Shown piece by piece: positions 9,009-16,480 of a DNA stretch of 43,865 bases. The position numbers and the translations under genes are program-made. This DNA is from a phage, in the NCBI GenBank assembly GCA_032298335.1, contig GCA_032298335.1_4702.1; one strand, written 5' to 3'. The notes under the pieces are model-generated. The model was not told the origin of the DNA and did not search any database. It saw only the letters and a program-made list of their open reading frames with translations. Numbering within the stretch: the stretch's first letter is position 1; the number at the start of each line of letters is the position of its first letter.

Positions 9009-9158
9009 ATGTTCGATGGTCATGAAGACCTGCAAGCCAAGATTACTAACCAAGCCTTCCTGTTCGCACAGTTAACTATGGCTGAAGCAAAGAAGAATAG
9101 CCTGACGCGTGAACAGGTTATCAAGGAAAGTGAAGTGAAACGTAAGATTCGCAGTTGA
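9009..9158 (+). CDS. Small hypothetical protein (49 aa)
   Basis: Short ORF found by manual translation; no clear ribosome-binding site. Confidence 0.25.
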   Translation: MFDGHEDLQAKITNQAFLFAQLTMAEAKKNSLTREQVIKESEVKRKIRS

Positions 9159-9170
9159 TAAGTCAAGGGT

Positions 9171-9188
9171 TGTCTCACACGTGAGACA
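9171..9188. repeat. Palindrome variant TGTCTCACACGTGAGACA (copy 3)
   Basis: 8-bp arms identical to the 16-mer palindrome with an altered central dinucleotide; followed by a T-rich stretch. Confidence 0.8.
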
Positions 9189-9218
9189 GCCTTTCATCAT
9201 ATTGATTGGAGGTGCATT

Positions 9219-9326
9219 ATGCCACGTGATTATGATTCTGATTGGGACTATTATGACTCAATGAATCCAAAACCCGAACGTTCAGATGATTACTACGAAA
9301 CAGAGGCAATGTATGAAGACTATTAA
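9219..9326 (+). CDS. Small acidic Tyr/Asp-rich protein (35 aa)
   Basis: GGAGG ribosome-binding site 8 nt upstream; sequence MPRDYDSDWDYYDSMNPKPERSDDYYETEAMYEDY. Confidence 0.4.
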   Translation: MPRDYDSDWDYYDSMNPKPERSDDYYETEAMYEDY

Positions 9327-9462
9327 ATTAAGCAAGGTTTGCTCTTGCGGTAAAGGCTATCGCAGTCGTATTGATGGTAAGTGTGGACATTGTAGGTCTA
9401 AGAAAGAGGCTGCTTTGTTTACAAATACCACAATGAACTCTCCTATAACTACCCTCATCTAA
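9313..9462 (+). CDS. Small zinc-ribbon-like protein (49 aa)
   Basis: Cys pairs CSC and CGHC (C-x-C ... C-x2-C); overlaps the upstream ORF stop. Confidence 0.4.
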   Translation: MKTIKLSKVCSCGKGYRSRIDGKCGHCRSKKEAALFTNTTMNSPITTLI

Positions 9463-9516
9463 CACCTAATTCTTTATTAGGACTTGGTTATAGGGCTAAA
9501 TACTTTGGAGCAATCT

Positions 9517-12063
9517 ATGAAATCAATTGATTGGAAGAAGGAAGCGGAAGGGCGCATCCTAGTTATGGACGCCGAGGCGAAAGGTCTACTTGATGCTATA
9601 CGCTATGGTCATCGTGAAGACGTGCATATCATCTGCTGTATGGACCTGTTGACTACAGAGGAGTTTCTCTTCTTCGACCCGTATGAGATGCGTGACCCTG
9701 AAGCAAGAGAACGCCTGAAGGAATGGGAAGGTCATCAAGATGGTGACTTGGTTGATGGTGTTAACTTCCTGAAGCACTGTGAGGCTATTGTGTCGCAGAA
9801 CTTCCTAGGGTATGACGGTCTTCTCTTTGAGAAAGCATTCCCTGATATTTGGAAAGGCTTTAACTATACCGAGAAGCGCGGTAAGGGCAGACTCCGTGCT
9901 GACCTGTGTCCGGTGCGAGTCATGGATACGCTGGTGATGAGTCGCCTGTTAAACCCCGATAGACGCCTTCCTCCGCAAGCATATGCCAAAGGTATGGGTA
10001 ACGTCGCCCCTCACTCAATTGAGGCGCACGGCATCCGTATAGGTCGCTATAAACCGGAGAACGAGGACTGGTCTAAACTAACTGACCACATGGTTCACCG
10101 TGTACGTGAGGACGTGGCGATTGGTCGTGACTTGTTCCTCTGGCTCTTTAACGGGGAATGGATGGAGCACAAACGCCGTGGCGTGAATAAACGCACGGGC
10201 CTAGGCATTGAGACAGCCTTCCACATGGAGTCCATTGTGGCGCTGGAGATGAGCCGTCAGGCCGAGCGCGGGTTCCGTCTGGACATCGACAAGGCTTTGG
10301 CCCGATGCGAAGAATTGGACGCTAAGATTGATGAGACAGTCGCAGCGTTCCGCCCTCACATGCCTATGCGTATCAAGTCTAAACCTTTTAAACCGGAAGA
10401 AAAGAATGAAGTATGCCAACGCGCAAATGAGTATGGAGCTAGCAACAATATACCTACTGTCCTTGACCCCTCACACTTTCTTCATGCCGAGAGACGAGGA
10501 GATCGCAAGACAGTATGGAGTGTCACTACTAAGTCTGGTGATTGGTCGGCTAGTGTCAAGAAAGACTTTCCTCACCTTAGAGGAAACCGTAATGACACGC
10601 CAAGCATCAAGTGGATTGGCGCTTACTCGCCTGTTACTTTCGAAGAGATTCCCTTGGGTAACAGGGATGCAGTTAAGCAAGTGCTCTATGAGTATGGATG
10701 GAAAGGTGTTGAATTTAACGATACCGAGCAAGCTCATCTCGATGAGCACGGAGTGTTACCAAAACCTTGGAGTGGTAAGATAAATGAAAAGTCCCTCACT
10801 TTATGGCAAGAAAGAGCCGCACGTGAAGGTAAAACAGCCCCTGATTGGTGCTTGGGTATCGCTGCATGGTACATACTCGTATCCCGTCGTGGTCAGATAC
10901 TCAACCGTGGTGACGTTGAAGCCTTCAACGAGAAGGGAACGTGGCCCTCGCAGGCTGGTGTACGAAAGTGTCGCGGCCTTGTACCTGTAGCATTCAACAA
11001 GGAGCTAGGAATCAATGCGCAGCAATACTACGAGAGGTACGGATGTTGGCCTACGTCTGACAAAGATGACGGAGAGTGGCGTGTTCCAGCTGTTGCTATT
11101 AGTATTGGCACTTCTACGTTCCGTATGCGTCATCGTAACGTGGTTAATATTCCTGCCCGTGGCTTGTATCCTTTACGTGATTTATTCATAGCAGGGAAAG
11201 GCAAGCTAATCCTTGGTTGTGACGGTGCAGGTCTTGAACTGCGTGTCCTGTCTCACTTCATGAATGACCCTGAGTACCAAGAGATTGTACTGCACGGTGA
11301 TATTCATACGCATAACCAGATGAAGGCTGGTCTTCCTAAGCGTGATATGGCGAAGACGTTTATATACGCCTTCCTCTATGGTTCTGGTATAGCCAACCTT
11401 GCAGCAGTCTGCGGTGTTACTGAGGAAGAAATGAAGGAAGTTGTGGCAAGATTCGAGATTGAACTACCGTCTCTTGCACGTCTTCGTGAGAATGTTATCG
11501 CACAAGGTAACAAGTTTGGCTACCTGCAAGCACTTGATGGGCATTGGGGTCGCATCCGCATGTCTGGTGGTGAACTTAAAGAGCACACGATGCTTAACGT
11601 ATTACTCCAGATGACTGGCTCTTTGTGTATGAAATATGCATTAGTCAAGGCATTTGCAGTAATGCGCAAGGAAGGTGTAGCTTTGGATGCTATGGGAAAT
11701 CCTTGTGGTGTGGCTAACGTGCATGATGAAATCCAGATGGAAGTTCCTGAAGAGGAGGTCTTGTATCTTAACTACGACCTACCTTTCACCTTAGATGGGT
11801 TCGAAACAGAGAAGGCTGCTGTGAAAGCAGTTTTCGATGCAGAGGAGAAACGTGTTCATGTGGATTCTGAAGGACGTATGTGGTCTGCTGCAAACCTAGT
11901 TAGCGTTGATGCTGATGCTGGTGTATTGCATTGCCAGCGCCGTTATCACCGTGCAGGTCATATCATTGCCGACGCCATGACTTGGGCAGGGCAGTATCTG
12001 AAGATGCGTTGCCCGATGGCAGGAGAATATAAGATTGGCGCAAGCTGGAAGGAAACACACTGA
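9517..12063 (+). CDS. DNA polymerase, family A (T7 gp5-like)
   Basis: Motifs DGAGLELRVLSHFM, GDIHTHNQ and AKTFIYAFLYGSG match T7 DNA polymerase motifs A/B; ATG at 9517 with a ribosome-binding site (the ORF track begins at an upstream TTG at 9484). Confidence 0.95.
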   Translation: MKSIDWKKEAEGRILVMDAEAKGLLDAIRYGHREDVHIICCMDLLTTEEFLFFDPYEMRDPEARERLKEWEGHQDGDLVDGVNFLKHCEAIVSQNFLGYDGLLFEKAFPDIWKGFNYTEKRGKGRLRADLCPVRVMDTLVMSRLLNPDRRLPPQAYAKGMGNVAPHSIEAHGIRIGRYKPENEDWSKLTDHMVHRVREDVAIGRDLFLWLFNGEWMEHKRRGVNKRTGLGIETAFHMESIVALEMSRQAERGFRLDIDKALARCEELDAKIDETVAAFRPHMPMRIKSKPFKPEEKNEVCQRANEYGASNNIPTVLDPSHFLHAERRGDRKTVWSVTTKSGDWSASVKKDFPHLRGNRNDTPSIKWIGAYSPVTFEEIPLGNRDAVKQVLYEYGWKGVEFNDTEQAHLDEHGVLPKPWSGKINEKSLTLWQERAAREGKTAPDWCLGIAAWYILVSRRGQILNRGDVEAFNEKGTWPSQAGVRKCRGLVPVAFNKELGINAQQYYERYGCWPTSDKDDGEWRVPAVAISIGTSTFRMRHRNVVNIPARGLYPLRDLFIAGKGKLILGCDGAGLELRVLSHFMNDPEYQEIVLHGDIHTHNQMKAGLPKRDMAKTFIYAFLYGSGIANLAAVCGVTEEEMKEVVARFEIELPSLARLRENVIAQGNKFGYLQALDGHWGRIRMSGGELKEHTMLNVLLQMTGSLCMKYALVKAFAVMRKEGVALDAMGNPCGVANVHDEIQMEVPEEEVLYLNYDLPFTLDGFETEKAAVKAVFDAEEKRVHVDSEGRMWSAANLVSVDADAGVLHCQRRYHRAGHIIADAMTWAGQYLKMRCPMAGEYKIGASWKETH

Positions 12064-12179
12064 TGGATAGGCTTGACATTATTTGCCTATTCTTCACTCT
12101 CTTTCTTACACTCCTTATGCTTGCTTGTTATGGGAGTATGAGACTAGATATACCTGATGAAGAAGAGGGTTACGACTAA
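12063..12179 (+). CDS. Mini membrane protein (38 aa)
   Basis: ATG overlaps the DNA polymerase stop (TGATG); one hydrophobic helix then an acidic tail ending YD. Confidence 0.4.
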   Translation: MDRLDIICLFFTLFLTLLMLACYGSMRLDIPDEEEGYD

Positions 12180-12277
12180 TGCAAACTGCTTTTATTATTC
12201 TTGGTATCATATTATTTATGGTAGTACTCTGGGCCTTCTCTGGCATTGACCCGGATTGTGATGGTAACTACGACTGA
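12179..12277 (+). CDS. Mini membrane protein (32 aa)
   Basis: ATG overlaps the upstream stop (TAATG); one hydrophobic helix then an acidic tail ending YD; same architecture as the preceding peptide. Confidence 0.4.
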   Translation: MQTAFIILGIILFMVVLWAFSGIDPDCDGNYD

Positions 12278-12345
12278 GTTATACTCAAGGTCACTTACGA
12301 GTGGCCTTTATGGATAACTTATCCCTACTTATTTTGTCTAACATG

Positions 12346-12366
12346 ATTTACTGGACACTATAGAAG
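12346..12366 (+). promoter_or_regulatory. Phage RNA polymerase promoter (ATTTACTGGACACTATAGAAG)
   Basis: Exact match to the consensus defined by the other copies in this window. Confidence 0.85.
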
Positions 12367-12432
12367 GAAAGCCTAGACAATCTAGGTTTATAAGGTAGTA
12401 TAGGTAATTAAGTAAATATAGGAGATATAAAC

Positions 12433-12810
12433 ATGTCTATGGTAACTACTCTGGTATTTGTAGCTCAATACTTTCGTGGTCTGGCTAATAAGTTCAAGTC
12501 CAAGGCTATCAAAGCTATTGAGTCTCGCATCGAGGCAGTACAGGCAGAGCAAGTTAAAGTTGAAGAACATCGTAGTTCTAAAATGATTGACCGCCATAAC
12601 CGCTACTATGCATCTCGTGATGACCTTAATGCACGCCAAGTCAAAGAGGTTGAAGAGATGCTGGCACGTCACCAGCAAGAGCGCGACAGTCTGAAAGCTG
12701 AATTTGAAGAGAACAAGGCATCCATCGCCCTTGTACACCAATCTGCATCTGACAGTCTGAAGAAAGAGATTGTTATGCTTGAAATCGAACTGGACAACCT
12801 GACCAAATAA
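12433..12810 (+). CDS. Hypothetical coiled-coil protein (125 aa)
   Basis: AGGAG ribosome-binding site; charged heptad-like sequence. Confidence 0.6.
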   Translation: MSMVTTLVFVAQYFRGLANKFKSKAIKAIESRIEAVQAEQVKVEEHRSSKMIDRHNRYYASRDDLNARQVKEVEEMLARHQQERDSLKAEFEENKASIALVHQSASDSLKKEIVMLEIELDNLTK

Positions 12811-12816
12811 GGAATT

Positions 12817-13116
12817 ATGATGGAAGAAGTAATTCAAGCTAAACATGTAGGTATCATTTTTCGTGATCTAGAGCAGCGTAAAGTTGCAGGTCACACTCGT
12901 CTGGCTAAAGAGGAAGACACCGCAATCACTACGGTAGAACAAGCAGATGCCTATCGTGGTCCGGAGTTCACTCAAGGTGAAACTTGTCACCAATTGAGCC
13001 TATCACTTTGTGACACTATGGCTATTGTAAATGTGCAAGAAGTCGAAGAGGGTGAGTGTGTCAGTTACATCTACCCTTTAGATACTATTGCACGCATTAA
13101 GGTAATCCATAAGTAA
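12817..13116 (+). CDS. Hypothetical protein (99 aa)
   Basis: ORF with a ribosome-binding site; no motif recognised. Confidence 0.55.
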   Translation: MMEEVIQAKHVGIIFRDLEQRKVAGHTRLAKEEDTAITTVEQADAYRGPEFTQGETCHQLSLSLCDTMAIVNVQEVEEGECVSYIYPLDTIARIKVIHK

Positions 13117-13135
13117 TTACTGGACACTATAGAAC
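13115..13135 (+). promoter_or_regulatory. Phage RNA polymerase promoter (AATTACTGGACACTATAGAAC)
   Basis: Consensus core CACTATAGAA; overlaps the upstream stop codon. Confidence 0.8.
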
Positions 13136-13276
13136 AATAGGTCGGCTTAGTTCGGCCTATGATTGTAAAGTGTTGAACCATTGTGCATCTTGCACAACCC
13201 GATACCGTATCGGGCTTTCTAGTGAGTACATGCTTGTGCTCAGTACAAAGCTAACTGACAATAGGAGACTAAATAA

Positions 13277-14083
13277 ATGGCACGTGGTGATTTTGATTTT
13301 GGTGCTTCCGTATCTAAAGCTGAAGGTAAAGTCTTTAAGAACCCAGAAGTAGGTGATCATGAAGCAGTAATCTCTGGCATCATTCATGTTGGTTCCTTCC
13401 AAGATATCTTTAAGAAAGGTAATACCACTGAAGTTAAGAAGCCAGCAAACTTTGTTCTTGTTAAGATTATCCTGATGGGTGACGACGATAAGAATGAAGA
13501 TGATTCTCGCATGGAACAATGGATGGCTGTGCCTCTGAAGTCTGGTGATAAGGCAACACTGACTAAGTTCCTGAATGCAGTTGACCCTAAAGAGTTGCTG
13601 GGTGGCTTCGATGATTTTATCGGTGAATGTCTGACTGCAACTATGGTTGGCTCTGGCGACAAGAATGATGATGGTACTTTCAAGTATGTTAACTGGAAAG
13701 GCTTTGGCGGTATGCCTGATAAGTTGAAGAAGCTTGTACTGGCTCAGGTAGAAGAGGAAGGTCTGTCTATGACAGGTCATATCACCTTCGACAAGCTGAC
13801 CAAAGAAATCCTTGATGACATTCCTGCTAACTGGGTGCGTCAATACTTCCTTAATGAAACACCTCGTGGTAAGAACCTGTCTGTTGCTGGTTCTCACGTA
13901 GAAGCAATCATTAAAGCTGCTCGTGAAGAAGACCCAGAGTGGAAGAAAGCCAAGAAGAAAGATGACGAGGATGCTACTCCAGCTAATCGTAAATCTCTGG
14001 ATACTGGTGAGTCTGTTCCACAGGAAGTACCTGAAGCAGAAGATACTCCTGCACCGGAGATGGATGAGGACGCGGAATATTAA
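13277..14083 (+). CDS. Acidic-tailed protein, candidate ssDNA-binding protein (268 aa)
   Basis: High-expression codon usage; acidic C-terminal tail ending DEDAEY; comparable in size and position class to T7 gp2.5. The functional call is an inference. Confidence 0.6.
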   Translation: MARGDFDFGASVSKAEGKVFKNPEVGDHEAVISGIIHVGSFQDIFKKGNTTEVKKPANFVLVKIILMGDDDKNEDDSRMEQWMAVPLKSGDKATLTKFLNAVDPKELLGGFDDFIGECLTATMVGSGDKNDDGTFKYVNWKGFGGMPDKLKKLVLAQVEEEGLSMTGHITFDKLTKEILDDIPANWVRQYFLNETPRGKNLSVAGSHVEAIIKAAREEDPEWKKAKKKDDEDATPANRKSLDTGESVPQEVPEAEDTPAPEMDEDAEY

Positions 14084-14092
14084 GGAGAAAGG

Positions 14093-14311
14093 ATGAAAGT
14101 ACAAATCGTAACCCTGCACTGCAAGAAAGGTGTCACAACGCTCGGAGGTAGCACTTTCCACTCTTTCTCCGAAGGGGAGATTTATGCTGACCTGCACTAC
14201 ATCTGGCGCGACGGACAGCACGTGGTGAACTACAGCGACCCAGCTACGGGGAAACGCCACGGCGTATCGCTTCCTGCGCATGACATTGCTCAGGTGAACA
14301 CAGTTTTATAA
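14093..14311 (+). CDS. Hypothetical protein (72 aa)
   Basis: AAGGAG ribosome-binding site; no motif recognised. Confidence 0.55.
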   Translation: MKVQIVTLHCKKGVTTLGGSTFHSFSEGEIYADLHYIWRDGQHVVNYSDPATGKRHGVSLPAHDIAQVNTVL

Positions 14312-14312
14312 A

Positions 14313-14328
14313 GTCTCACATGTGAGAC
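14313..14328. repeat. 16-bp perfect palindrome GTCTCACATGTGAGAC (copy 4)
   Basis: Exact copy, 16 nt upstream of the promoter at 14344. Confidence 0.9.
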
Positions 14329-14343
14329 AAATCGGTGTCCGGT

Positions 14344-14364
14344 ATTTACTGGACACTATAGAAG
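14344..14364 (+). promoter_or_regulatory. Phage RNA polymerase promoter (ATTTACTGGACACTATAGAAG)
   Basis: Exact consensus. Confidence 0.85.
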
Positions 14365-14415
14365 AGAAGAATTTTAATCGGCGATAATGCCACAACTAAC
14401 AAAGGAGAATTTAAT

Positions 14416-14790
14416 ATGTTCAAGATTGAAACTATCGTAAACCGTGTTGTTAAAGGTGCTGCTCTGGTATCCGTTGAGTCTTTCATTATCGTCGATGAAG
14501 CTGATCAACTGGTAGCTGGTACTAAGGCTTATGATACTCGTGAAGAAGCTCAGGCTAAGATTGACAGCATGGGTAACTTCGCTGCGGGTCTGGAGTTCGC
14601 TCGTGCTTGCTTCCCTGAGCAGGCTGACAAAGCTCAGATTGGTAAGGCTAATATCGTAGCTGAATATCTGGATTGGATTGCTGCTGGTAAGCCGGTGAAA
14701 GAAGTTAAAGCTGCGGAAGAAGTTGAAGCTCCGGCAGTAGAAGAAGTAGCTGCACCGGAAGTTCCGGTAAGCGAAGAAGAAGAGTTTTAA
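14416..14790 (+). CDS. Small highly acidic protein with C-terminal EEEEF tail (124 aa)
   Basis: Strong ribosome-binding site; codon usage like the capsid gene; net charge about -13; own promoter upstream and terminator-like hairpin downstream. Confidence 0.7.
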   Translation: MFKIETIVNRVVKGAALVSVESFIIVDEADQLVAGTKAYDTREEAQAKIDSMGNFAAGLEFARACFPEQADKAQIGKANIVAEYLDWIAAGKPVKEVKAAEEVEAPAVEEVAAPEVPVSEEEEF

Positions 14791-14801
14791 TTGATGCCCT
14801 G

Positions 14802-14828
14802 TCTGCCTTAGTGTAGGCAGGGTCTTTG
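14802..14828 (+). terminator. Candidate terminator hairpin
   Basis: Stem CTGCCT / AGGCAG (6 bp plus one G-U) with loop TAGTGT, then TCTTT. Confidence 0.45.
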
Positions 14829-14853
14829 CGTAATAGTTATTGTAGAATGAATT

Positions 14854-15144
14854 ATGCCGACTATTGAAGAACGTTTCCTGATTCACGTGAGCTTCTCATC
14901 CATACATCTTGGTTATCTTATCACTATTCTCTTAGGTGAAGAGATTTATCTGCATAACCACTTAATACCAGAGTATGTATGTCACCGAGATAAGATACAC
15001 CCTGCTAATTGGGCGAAAGAGTGGCTGCGTGAACATGTGCTGAAGGAGTGGCCTACATGCGACCAAACTTCGACTTCGGAGCTACAGTATCGGAAGACAA
15101 TAACCTGTTGCTGTGGCCAACTGAAGGTAATCGAATCGCTTTAA
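14854..15144 (+). CDS. Questionable ORF (96 aa) overlapping the exonuclease start
   Basis: Fills a 230-bp gap but has no ribosome-binding site and overlaps the exonuclease gene by about 90 bp in another frame. Confidence 0.25.
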   Translation: MPTIEERFLIHVSFSSIHLGYLITILLGEEIYLHNHLIPEYVCHRDKIHPANWAKEWLREHVLKEWPTCDQTSTSELQYRKTITCCCGQLKVIESL

Positions 15145-16085
15145 TAGATGCTGATATGTTACCTTACATCGTCGGGTATACAATCAGTGACATGACTTAT
15201 GTACGAGCTACAACTCGTGTTAAGTCAGGACAAGTCCCATCAATCAAAGATACCCCTGAGTGTAAGCAAGCGTGTGACCGTGTGAACTCCTTGCTTAACT
15301 CTTGGGTGTATGCAGCAGAGTGTGATGCAGCTAAGTTATTCATGACGAAATCAGAAGCTAACTTCCGTGTTCGCCTAGCCTTCACCAAGCCTTATAAGGG
15401 TCAACGTAAGACCGAGAAGCCTCCGTTCTTCTATGAATTGCGAGAGCATCTCTTAGAGGTTCATGGTGCAATCTTGGCAGATGGAGAAGAGGCTGATGAC
15501 CTCATGAGCATTGCACAATGGGACAGCCACCGCCGCTTCCAGCAAGATACAGGTAACGAGTTCCCTATCGGTAGTCCAGAGCATAAAGCATTCTCTGATA
15601 CTTGCATCGTTTCCTTAGATAAGGATTTGATGATTGTTCCCGGTTGGCATCTTCAGCCGGGTCAAGAGAAGAAATGGGTAGAGCCTATGGGTTGGCTTGA
15701 GTTACGCCGTAAGGCTAATGGTCAGGTTAAAGACCTTAAGGGTGCTGGCCTCATGTTTCATTATGCACAGATGATTATCGGTGATGATATTGATAACTAT
15801 GCTGGCATACCTGGACGTGGTGCTAAATACGCCTATGATCTTCTCAAAGATTGTAAGACAGAGAAAGAGTTGTACATGGCAGTGCTTGGTGCTTACAAGG
15901 CTAAGTTCGGACATGGACAAGTTAAGATTAAGAATTACCGAGGGGGTTATCGTATCGGCAAGGCTTTTGACCTGATGCTCGAATGTGGTCGCCTAGCTCA
16001 CATGGCAGGATTCAAAGGTGATATATGGCGAGCCGATAAGAACCCAATCTTGTGGGGAGATGATGCGGAATGGTTAGCAAATTAA
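15057..16085 (+). CDS. 5'-3' exonuclease (T7 gp6-like)
   Basis: IALIDADMLPYIV and GDDIDNYAGIPG parallel T7 gp6 ILVMDGDWLVF and GDITDGYSGIAG; GAAGGAG ribosome-binding site before the ATG at 15057. Confidence 0.9.
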   Translation: MRPNFDFGATVSEDNNLLLWPTEGNRIALIDADMLPYIVGYTISDMTYVRATTRVKSGQVPSIKDTPECKQACDRVNSLLNSWVYAAECDAAKLFMTKSEANFRVRLAFTKPYKGQRKTEKPPFFYELREHLLEVHGAILADGEEADDLMSIAQWDSHRRFQQDTGNEFPIGSPEHKAFSDTCIVSLDKDLMIVPGWHLQPGQEKKWVEPMGWLELRRKANGQVKDLKGAGLMFHYAQMIIGDDIDNYAGIPGRGAKYAYDLLKDCKTEKELYMAVLGAYKAKFGHGQVKIKNYRGGYRIGKAFDLMLECGRLAHMAGFKGDIWRADKNPILWGDDAEWLAN

Positions 16086-16480
16086 AATCATCTGAGGTAG
16101 CAGCTTATAAGAGGGAATTGCTAGAGAAGCAAGGATGGAAGTGCCCCCTATGTGGCGGCAGTCTCAAGGCTGTTACTCCTATAAACCGTGTACTTGACCA
16201 TGACCATGAGACAGGATTCTGCCGTGCTGTTGTATGCCGAGGCTGCAATGGTGCAGAAGGAAAGATTAAGGGTGTTATCTCTGGTTACGGTAAGGCGGGT
16301 AACAACCGTTACTTCCAGCTTCAATGGTTAGAGCGACTATATGAATACTGGAAGTTACATAGTACACCTCAGACAGATAAGTTATATCACAAACATCAAA
16401 CGGAGGCAGAGAAGCGCGAGGCTAAGAACCGTAAGGCACGCCTTGCTTATGCAAGAAAGAAGGAGGTTAAAGTTGGGTAA
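16070..16480 (+). CDS. Endonuclease VII-like Holliday-junction resolvase
   Basis: CPLCGG ... LDHDHETG ... CRGCNGAEG matches the T4 endonuclease VII zinc/catalytic signature. Confidence 0.85.
   Translation: MVSKLKSSEVAAYKRELLEKQGWKCPLCGGSLKAVTPINRVLDHDHETGFCRAVVCRGCNGAEGKIKGVISGYGKAGNNRYFQLQWLERLYEYWKLHSTPQTDKLYHKHQTEAEKREAKNRKARLAYARKKEVKVG

Noticed and set aside
12388-12846. 152-aa minus-strand ORF
   Set aside because: Antisense to the + strand gene 12433-12810; low-complexity translation; no promoter in that orientation.
13006-13022. Promoter-like GTGACACTATGG inside ORF 12817-13116
   Set aside because: It matches only the -9 to -1 core and has TATGG in place of TATAG at the initiation site; most likely a chance partial match.
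13157-14281. 374-aa ORF on the minus strand
   Set aside because: It is exactly antisense to the strongly codon-biased + strand gene 13277-14083 and the promoter-dense block. Every supported gene and promoter is on the + strand, so this is an antisense shadow ORF.
16341-16448. N-terminal extension of the phosphoesterase ORF proposed by the ORF track
   Set aside because: It overlaps the endonuclease VII gene in another frame and lacks a start codon with a ribosome-binding site; the start was moved to 16449 or 16473.
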